From: Candidatus Omnitrophota bacterium
GTDB lineage: Bacteria; Omnitrophota; Gorgyraeia; Gygaellales; Profunditerraquicolaceae
Assembly: GCA_028715415.1 (NCBI GenBank)
Contig: JAQURX010000011.1
Span: forward strand, 1,320 to 65,319
Length of the DNA stretch: 64,000 nucleotides
Direction of reading: 5' to 3'
The stretch's first letter is position 1. The number at the start of each line of letters is the position of its first letter. A program made the translations under genes and the position numbers. This document shows positions 57,384-64,000 of this stretch, piece by piece. The notes beneath the pieces are model-generated. The model was not told the DNA's origin and made no database searches. It saw only the letters and a program-made list of their open reading frames with translations.

Positions 57384-58974
57384 TTTTCCCCTCCTCTACT
57401 ACAACAGCCCTGCCCATGGTCCTGTCAAGTTTTGCTTTTGCCATAATATAATCATAGATGCCGGAAGCAAGGTTATTTTCCACTTGAGCCAAAGACACCT
57501 GCGCATCCAGCACATCCAAATTTATCCCCACACCATTATCATAACGGACATTTGAAATCCTTAAAGCCTCTTTCGCATCCTCCAGGTTATCCTGCTGCGA
57601 TTTTATAATAGAAGCTTGTTCTTTTAAATCAAGGCAAGATTGCCTTACGTCAACTGCCACCTGATCGGACAAGTTTTCTTTACCGATAACCGTTTGCATA
57701 TATTGCGCCCGGGCCGCGTCTACTTTTGCCTTTGTGGAAAATCCATCAAATATAGGTATACGTATGGCAAAACCTAAGTTCCAATAATTATGCCTAGTAT
57801 TAAACATGTTCCCCGGGTTATTTGAAATGTAATTATACTCCCCCGTTGAATCAATCTGAGGAAGCCATCCTGCGCGCGCGTATTTAATCCCCCACTTGGC
57901 AATATCAATTCCCAAAGATTTCAAAATCATCTCCGGCTCATTCAGATAGGCCTCTTTTAGAAAATCCTGCTCTTTTATTTCCAAAGGTTCATACAATAAT
58001 TTATCATTAATAACAATCTTCCCGCCGACTTTAACTCCGAGCAATTTATCCATCTCCGCAATAATCAGATCTATCGCATTCTGCGCGTTTATAAGTTGCG
58101 GCAGGAGCAAAGAAACCTGTACTTTTGACTGCAGGCAATCAAATTTTGAAGCAGTCCCCTGTTCATATTTATGTTTTACATTTATATAATGATCTTCTGC
58201 CTGCCGCACAAGGTCTTCAGCAATGCGTTTTGTCTCATAGGCAAGCAAAAGCCCGTAATAAAGCCTTTTAGCATCAAGCTCAACGTTAAGCTTTGTCGCT
58301 CGGAGTGTTTCCGTCTGTTCCTTTAAAGCAAGTTGAGCCTGCCTTAAGGCAGCAACATTAGCCCCGCCATTATAAACTGTCTCATTAACACTAACTCCCA
58401 TGCTATTATTATCAACATATCCGGAAAATATCCGCGGGTCCTTCTTGCTCCCTGCGGTAGAAGAGTTAAGGACTGCGCTATTGTGTGTATAGCCGGTATT
58501 AAAATCAACTTTTGGCAGGAATTCGCTCCTTGCGTTTAAGATATCAGCGCTTGAAATTTCAAGGCCGTACTTTTGAATTTTAATATCTTTATTATTCTTA
58601 TATGCGATTGTGATTGCTTCTTTGAGCGTGGAGAGCGTCAATTCTTCAGTTTTATTCTCTTGGCAAAAAGCGTAAGACGCTATGCCAAATAGTAAAAAAG
58701 CGAAGATAATCAGAAAGGTTGAAAGGCTGCTTGATTTCTGAACAATTGTTTTTAATTCTTTATAAAAAGCATATTTGGTATTTGCATTAAAATACCGCGC
58801 GTTGGCTTTATAACTGCTATGCAAAACCCCCTGCTTTTCAAGGTTATAGAGCGTCCGCTGAAAAACTCCCGGCTTCTTTTTTAAAATCCTTCCTAATTCC
58901 TGTATATAGAACTCTTCGGTGGGATGTGCGTAGAAAACTTTTAAGAGCTTAAGGGTATTTTTGGAAAGCTGCAT
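57364..58974 (-). CDS. TolC-like outer membrane efflux protein; ORF carries an N-terminal ~85-aa HTH-like extension
   Basis: Two TolC repeat halves after a signal-peptide-like segment (LSTFLIIFAFLLFGIASYAFC); preceding 85 aa (MQLSKNTLKLLKVFYAHPTEEFYIQELGRILKKKPGVFQRTLYNLEKQGVL) look like a winged-helix regulator; no in-frame ATG between them. Confidence 0.65.
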   Translation of the reverse strand: MQLSKNTLKLLKVFYAHPTEEFYIQELGRILKKKPGVFQRTLYNLEKQGVLHSSYKANARYFNANTKYAFYKELKTIVQKSSSLSTFLIIFAFLLFGIASYAFCQENKTEELTLSTLKEAITIAYKNNKDIKIQKYGLEISSADILNARSEFLPKVDFNTGYTHNSAVLNSSTAGSKKDPRIFSGYVDNNSMGVSVNETVYNGGANVAALRQAQLALKEQTETLRATKLNVELDAKRLYYGLLLAYETKRIAEDLVRQAEDHYINVKHKYEQGTASKFDCLQSKVQVSLLLPQLINAQNAIDLIIAEMDKLLGVKVGGKIVINDKLLYEPLEIKEQDFLKEAYLNEPEMILKSLGIDIAKWGIKYARAGWLPQIDSTGEYNYISNNPGNMFNTRHNYWNLGFAIRIPIFDGFSTKAKVDAARAQYMQTVIGKENLSDQVAVDVRQSCLDLKEQASIIKSQQDNLEDAKEALRISNVRYDNGVGINLDVLDAQVSLAQVENNLASGIYDYIMAKAKLDRTMGRAVVVEEGKNEPRIK

Positions 58975-59074
58975 TTAGCTTTTGCCTTCTAGTTATATTC
59001 TATTTGCATATGAATATATCTTTATTGCATATAATTATATGCAAGTAGCATAATCTTGTCAAGATTTTTTTTCC

Positions 59075-59103
59075 TTGCAAATCTAATTTTACACGGCTAT
59101 AAT
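59075..59103 (+). promoter_or_regulatory. Sigma70-like promoter (TTGCAA-17nt-TATAAT)
   Basis: TTGCAA 59075-59080, 17-nt spacer, TATAAT 59098-59103; GGAGGT RBS before ATG 59131. Confidence 0.45.
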
Positions 59104-59130
59104 TAATTTAACTACAAAACTGGAGGTAAA

Positions 59131-59589
59131 ATGAAAGGTATTATCAAAATTTTTACGTTTTCATTAGTTTTTGCTATTATGTTTTGCGCCCTCTCTTATG
59201 CTGAATCACCGAATATCCAAACCTTGGTTGATAATTTTCAGAAGTCAACTGACTTACAACGAAGCCAGATATTAAAAGATATCTTGGGTAAAGAAATCTC
59301 CTCCAGCGGGCTTGTTAGCAATGCAGGAGAGTATGATTTCTTTGATATAGTAGACGACATAAAAGGAACATATTACCAGGTGTCTACTGACCAGCAGAAA
59401 ACTAAAAACAACATCCCCTATCAGATTATCTACCTGTTCAAAGACAAAGATAAGGTCAAAGATTTAGATAAAGGCACAAATATTCAAAAAGACGGCAAGA
59501 TTGTAAGAATTGAAGATGAACGCCTCCAGATTGCCGTATGGATTCTCTGCGCAGACCTAACCGAAAAAGATAAAGCACTAATAAAGTAA
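59131..59589 (+). CDS. Hypothetical secreted protein
   Basis: Signal peptide; 152 aa; strong RBS; flanked by related A/T-rich palindromic motifs. Confidence 0.45.
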   Translation: MKGIIKIFTFSLVFAIMFCALSYAESPNIQTLVDNFQKSTDLQRSQILKDILGKEISSSGLVSNAGEYDFFDIVDDIKGTYYQVSTDQQKTKNNIPYQIIYLFKDKDKVKDLDKGTNIQKDGKIVRIEDERLQIAVWILCADLTEKDKALIK

Positions 59590-59593
59590 AATA

Positions 59594-59634
59594 AAAAGGG
59601 CGGTTCAATTTTTTGGACCGTCCTTTAGTTTTAC
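59594..59634 (+). terminator. Rho-independent terminator (gggcggttc-loop-ggaccgtcc + T-rich tail)
   Basis: 9-bp stem with two G.U pairs, followed by TTTAGTTTT; between convergent genes. Confidence 0.45.
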
Positions 59635-59684
59635 CTATTATGTATGCAATATGAATATATTTATATGCTCACTGCATATAAAAT

Positions 59685-60932
59685 TTAACCTAAGCTTAAG
59701 CCCTTCTTCGTATTGCTCTTAAGCAAAAATATCTTATCTTTTGGCCTTAAGGAAAATGGCAACTTAATCCCGGTTGTCTGCCCCCTTCTTGCAATCCTAA
59801 CCGGCTTATGCTGTATCTGAATCTGGCCCACTACTGCTGTCATCGCAGGAGTGGTTTTTCCAGAAACCAAGATTTTATCACCTTTTTTTAATTCGTCATT
59901 TCTTATAACTAACTGCGCAACATTTATCTTTTTATAAAACTTCTCTACTTGCCCCACAAATATCTTCTCAAAACTACTCTTTCCTCCTGAAAGCCCGCTA
60001 ATTTTAGGAGGTGAAAAATAAAATCCTTCAGAGAAACCCCTATTGTAAACACTAGAGAGTTTTTTCTTTAAGGACACCTGAAGTGCATCAGTCAATAAAC
60101 CTTTTTTATATGCATCAATTGCTTTTCTGTAAACTGAAGTAACTACAGACACATATTCAGGGGTACGCATCCTTCCTTCTATCTTAAAAGCGCTTACTCC
60201 CGCACTGACTAATTTATTAATATGCTCAATCATGCATAAATCCTGCGCGCTCATTATGTAATCCGAACCTAAGACATATTCATTGCCCAGCTCAATATCC
60301 TTTATTAAAAATTCTCTCCTGCAAGGCTGTACACATTCTCCCCTATTCGCTGACTTACCAAACAGGTCATGCGAGAAAAAACACCTGCCCGAAACACTCA
60401 CGCACATTGAGCCATGAACAAATGCCTCTAACTTACAATCTATTTTTTCGCGCTTTATCTTCTGCGCTATTTGCTTAATATCCTCAAGGCTGCATTCTCT
60501 TGCAAGCACTATACGCTTAACTCCAAACGAACAAAAAAACTTTAAGGAAATAAAATTTGATACACTCGCCTGTGTTGAAAGATGCACCGGGAGGCCTGCC
60601 TCAAAAGCCTTACTTAACACTGCCATGTCCCAACAGATAACCGCATCAACTTTCGCTTTCTTTGCCTCAAGCAACATCACATCAAGTTTCTCTAAATCCC
60701 TTTCATAAATAATGGTATTTAAAGTCAAATACCCTTTTCTTTTATGTTTATGCAGCAAAGCCATGACTTTTTTTATTTCTAAGATATCAAAGTTCGGGGC
60801 AGTTTGGCGCATGGACAAATTCCTTAGCCCAAAATACACCGCGTCTGCTCCTGCTTTAACTGCGCTCTCCAAAGACGGCCAATCCCCTGCAGGCGCAACT
60901 AATTCCGGGATAATTTCAATTGGTTTTTTCAT
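59685..60932 (-). CDS. Peptidase U32 family protein
   Basis: N-terminal ELVAPAGDWPSLESAVKAGADAVYFG and E..C.C Cys cluster typical of U32 (YhbU/RlhA-like); 415 aa. Confidence 0.7.
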   Translation of the reverse strand: MKKPIEIIPELVAPAGDWPSLESAVKAGADAVYFGLRNLSMRQTAPNFDILEIKKVMALLHKHKRKGYLTLNTIIYERDLEKLDVMLLEAKKAKVDAVICWDMAVLSKAFEAGLPVHLSTQASVSNFISLKFFCSFGVKRIVLARECSLEDIKQIAQKIKREKIDCKLEAFVHGSMCVSVSGRCFFSHDLFGKSANRGECVQPCRREFLIKDIELGNEYVLGSDYIMSAQDLCMIEHINKLVSAGVSAFKIEGRMRTPEYVSVVTSVYRKAIDAYKKGLLTDALQVSLKKKLSSVYNRGFSEGFYFSPPKISGLSGGKSSFEKIFVGQVEKFYKKINVAQLVIRNDELKKGDKILVSGKTTPAMTAVVGQIQIQHKPVRIARRGQTTGIKLPFSLRPKDKIFLLKSNTKKGLSLG

Positions 60933-60934
60933 AA

Positions 60935-63661
60935 TTATTTAAGGAAGGCTTTTAGCTTGCGGATTATATCCTGAACAGTTCTCGCTTGCGCAAATTCCAC
61001 AGCAGCAGTATCAGGGACTGTTACATTAAATTCTTTCTGCAGCTCTAATAATAATTCAATCCTTGCTAAAGAATCAAAACCTAAATCAATCTCAAGATGA
61101 TCAGTTAGATTTACTTTTCTCTTAAGCCTTTGAGACAAAAATCTAAGCACTTTTTCTGCCTCGGGCAGCTGGGCTATTTCTCTATCTACCTCCTGCTGCT
61201 CAATTGTCCCTTGAGTTGTTTTCTTTAATGATTGGAGCTGCCTTTCAACCTTATGCCGCATAATCTTACCAAGTGCGGTCCTTGGCAAGGGTTTATTGCT
61301 GATAACCAGCCCTCTTACGCGCTTATACTCGCTTAAATCTCCTGAAAATGACTTAAAATCATCCCTGATAGCTTGTTCAATTGATTCCTGGCTGGCTCCA
61401 CCCGGAAAACTTTCAAGGTTAGGAACAACAACCGCGACGAGTTGCTTGGATTTCTCAACAAATCCTTTTTGAGTTAAAGCAAGCACGCATACTTCTTTTA
61501 CATAACGGCTTAAACTATAATGGCTTTCTAATTCTTCAAGGCTTACCTTTTTCCCGGAGCTTAATACAACAAGTTCATCACGCCTCCCAAGGATATAAAG
61601 ATAGCCCTCCTTATCAAAGTATCCGATATCTCCGCTTAAGAACCATCCTCCTAAAAGAGACCTACTGGTTATTTCGGGATTTTGATAGTAACCCAGCATA
61701 ACATTTGGCCCTTTAATTGTTATCTCACCGGCTCCCTGCCTGTCTAATTGAAAAAGCTTAACCTGTACACCGGGAAGCAATTTACCAACCGAGCCAATCC
61801 GGTAATTACCCGGAGAATTCCATGCAACAATCGGTGAAGTCTCAGAAAGGCCGTATCCTTCCAAAAGGGTAAAACCCCACTTAAAGAAATCAAGCGTAAT
61901 TTCTTTATCAAGATGCGCTCCGCCTGTAATCATAACTCTTAAATTCGGCGAAAAAGAATTATGCAGCTCCTTCAATAAAACCCCGGATAAATTAACTTTT
62001 AGATACTTGCGTAAAGCCCAAGATACTTCCATAACAACTCTTAGAAACAGGCGCTTTAACACAGGCAGTTTATTAAGACTGTCTTTTATCCGGTGATGGA
62101 ATACTGAAAAAATCTGCGGGACTCCTGTCAAAACAGTAACATGCGCTAAATTCATGCATTCCCGCAGGTCTTTCGGGTTCATCGTGGGAGGAAAAGTAAT
62201 TTTAGCCCCAAACAAAAGCGGCAAAATACACGTAGTCATCAATGCATATGAATGATAAAAAGGCAAAAGGCAAATAAAGCTATCGGTTGTCTTAAGAGAA
62301 CCCACCTTAGCTATTCCGGATGCATTAGAAATCAAATTCCTGTGCGAAAGCATAACAACTTTAGACGGCCCTGATGTACCGGAGGTAAAGAAATAAACCG
62401 CTGCTTGATTTTTAAAAGGCAGTGTTTGCCCGGAACGCTCCTGATTAGAAGAATTGTGTATCTGTTCACTAACTTCAGCATCATCAACAACAATTACCGA
62501 GATATATTTTTTTATCTCTTTAATAAGTGAAGATGCTTTCTCCAAGTTATTTTTATCACAAATCAATATCTTTGGGTTACAATGAAACACTCTTTCCTGC
62601 AGTTCTTCTTCAACAAGGGTAGTATCAAGCGGGACAGCGATTGCTTTCAAATACTGAATCGCCATAAAAGCAGTTGCCCATGCAGGAGAATTATTAAGCA
62701 GAATATCTACTTTATCGAGCTCTCTTACACCCTGCTTATAAAGAAAATTCCCTAACCGCACAACCTCATCGTGTAATTGCGCGTAGCTGGAGAAACAATA
62801 CCCTGCTTGCGTCTTATAATAAATGGCGGGCGCGTCAGGTTGTCCTTTTACCCTGTCCCGGAAAATATCGTACAAGCCCGGCTCAGAAAACCCGGCTGTT
62901 TCTTTTTTATTTAATTCCGGCCAAAAGTCCCGCTCAAGGCCATCAAGAAGGTAAGTATCAAATACATCGGGGAATTTAACACGTATAGAATTTTCTATCT
63001 CCTCAACTGATGCCAGATAAGGCCGCACCGGGCCATAAAAATCAACTTCCTCTCCTATCGGATGGAATAAAAATCCATTAAGCTTAAGCAGTGTCCATAA
63101 AGAAGGTTCCATAACCGCGTACCAATATTTTACCCCTCTTCGCTTGCTCTCCTGATAAATCTCGCGATACATACCAAAAATCATTGGCCTTATACGCTGG
63201 CTGCGCGGAGAATCTTCCTCAACTTGCTCTTCAGGAGGAGAATGAAAAAGCCCGTCATTAACGCGGCGGCGGTATTCTTTACTGATAACCAAACGCGATA
63301 TCTCAGCTATTTGCTTGCTCGGGAGGCTGTCTTTATTAATACTTAAGACATTCCCACAATGCTCCTCAAGAGGAAAACCCAAAGGCGAGCTTAAAATAAG
63401 GCGGGCAGCTCCAATAATTCCCTTGCTATCCTCAACCGCAAACTGAAGCGAATAAGGGTCGTATTTATCGTGCTCTTTTGCTTCCGGATAATCCTCTTCT
63501 TTAATAAACTTGCATTCCCGGCAGTATACCTGATAGCGAAGGGCAAAAATATCACTAAGTTGATCTTTTGAATCAACAACCCGATATGTAAAACCAGTAT
63601 TTCCTATTACTTCTCTATGCATTATAAACCTCTTTATTAATATATTCTGGCATGAATACAA
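60935..63661 (-). CDS. Tri-domain protein: GNAT-type N-acyl amino acid synthase-like domain + acyl-AMP/CoA ligase (AMP-binding) + acyl carrier protein
   Basis: N-terminal ~250 aa resemble exosortase-associated N-acyl amino acid synthase/LuxI-like GNAT (ALRYQVYCRECKF); central AMP-binding motifs (YFFTSGTSGPSKVV, GYGLSE); C-terminal 4'-PP site LGFDSLARIELL; likely start at internal Met (MHREV ~63622). Confidence 0.6.
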   Translation of the reverse strand: MYSCQNILIKRFIMHREVIGNTGFTYRVVDSKDQLSDIFALRYQVYCRECKFIKEEDYPEAKEHDKYDPYSLQFAVEDSKGIIGAARLILSSPLGFPLEEHCGNVLSINKDSLPSKQIAEISRLVISKEYRRRVNDGLFHSPPEEQVEEDSPRSQRIRPMIFGMYREIYQESKRRGVKYWYAVMEPSLWTLLKLNGFLFHPIGEEVDFYGPVRPYLASVEEIENSIRVKFPDVFDTYLLDGLERDFWPELNKKETAGFSEPGLYDIFRDRVKGQPDAPAIYYKTQAGYCFSSYAQLHDEVVRLGNFLYKQGVRELDKVDILLNNSPAWATAFMAIQYLKAIAVPLDTTLVEEELQERVFHCNPKILICDKNNLEKASSLIKEIKKYISVIVVDDAEVSEQIHNSSNQERSGQTLPFKNQAAVYFFTSGTSGPSKVVMLSHRNLISNASGIAKVGSLKTTDSFICLLPFYHSYALMTTCILPLLFGAKITFPPTMNPKDLRECMNLAHVTVLTGVPQIFSVFHHRIKDSLNKLPVLKRLFLRVVMEVSWALRKYLKVNLSGVLLKELHNSFSPNLRVMITGGAHLDKEITLDFFKWGFTLLEGYGLSETSPIVAWNSPGNYRIGSVGKLLPGVQVKLFQLDRQGAGEITIKGPNVMLGYYQNPEITSRSLLGGWFLSGDIGYFDKEGYLYILGRRDELVVLSSGKKVSLEELESHYSLSRYVKEVCVLALTQKGFVEKSKQLVAVVVPNLESFPGGASQESIEQAIRDDFKSFSGDLSEYKRVRGLVISNKPLPRTALGKIMRHKVERQLQSLKKTTQGTIEQQEVDREIAQLPEAEKVLRFLSQRLKRKVNLTDHLEIDLGFDSLARIELLLELQKEFNVTVPDTAAVEFAQARTVQDIIRKLKAFLK

Positions 63662-63881
63662 ATTTTGTCAACCCTGATTACTGTACAATTCTATATTATC
63701 CCGCGTCTGCCTTGTCTTGTTTCTCGCAGGGACGTTCGCCAGCCCCAGCGTGGCTGGCTCACTCTCGAAAATTCTCGCTCTGCCTACATTTATTTAGCGG
63801 GGCAACCATGCCCGCTCGAATTTCCGGAAGCCCTGCTGCGAACCAAGCCAATCCTCCCGAATATATAATGAGGCAATGTTT

Positions 63882-64000
63882 ATGAAAGGTAAGTTTATCA
63901 CATTTGAAGGTTCAGAAGGATGCGGCAAAAGTACGCAATCAAAGCTACTTTACCAATATTTAAAAGATAAAAAATATCCTGTGGTTTATCTGCGTGAGCC
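63882..64000 (+). CDS. tmk: Thymidylate kinase, N-terminal part (continues beyond window)
   Basis: [24 protein letters not shown]-loop N-terminus. Confidence 0.7.
   Translation, partial: MKGKFITFEGSEGCGKSTQSKLLYQYLKDKKYPVVYLRE

Noticed and set aside
63661-63700. Promoter-like TTGTCA...TACAAT upstream of the GC-rich element
   Set aside because: Spacer only 13 nt (or 23 nt to TATATT); not a credible sigma70 spacing, so not annotated.
63700-63845. SRP (4.5S) RNA suggested by a CCGGAAG loop
   Set aside because: The sequence lacks the conserved GGAAGGCAGCAGC helix-8 motif and symmetric loop; match too weak.

Overview
Low-GC (~35-40%) bacterial chromosomal fragment with tight gene packing, mostly minus-strand genes, Gram-negative-type envelope genes (TolC/HlyD/ABC-2 efflux) and a putative integrated element. 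No rRNA or CRISPR was seen. Left to right: partial secreted TPR protein (<1..341); a carotenoid/isoprenoid cluster (two ~100-aa lycopene-cyclase-domain proteins, phytoene/squalene synthase, IspH, CrtI-type desaturase); TruD; CstA; GH1 beta-glucosidase; polysaccharide genes (flippase, GT4, UbiA-like); MbfA-like ferritin/VIT1; Isf-like flavoprotein; UPF0718 permease; cupin. A putative integrated element (~16.9-29.8 kb) follows. It holds a HigB-like toxin / HTH-ImmA-IrrE peptidase / ClpP-like protease operon. It also holds a plus-strand operon of unknown proteins, a SpoVG-like protein, an HTH, an atypical restriction-modification module (HsdR_N-nuclease::N6-MTase fusion, NucS-like nuclease, HsdS) and a large serine recombinase. 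The recombinase gene ends inside a tRNA-Asn(GUU) gene interrupted by a ~220-nt group I intron. Then come ABC-F, RecR, DnaX, tRNA-Ser(GCU), TadA next to tRNA-Arg(ACG), and a large chemosensory/two-component cluster: 6 single-domain REC proteins, 2 histidine kinases, CheB, CheA-REC, MCP, 2 CheW, CheR-TPR. Last are a Ntn-hydrolase-like secreted protein, a tandem-repeat secreted protein, GlgP, an ABC-2/HlyD/TolC efflux operon whose TolC ORF carries an N-terminal HTH-like extension, a U32 peptidase, a GNAT(N-acyl amino acid synthase-like)::acyl-AMP ligase::ACP tri-domain protein, and the start of tmk. All calls rest on motif recognition by eye; no database search was possible.
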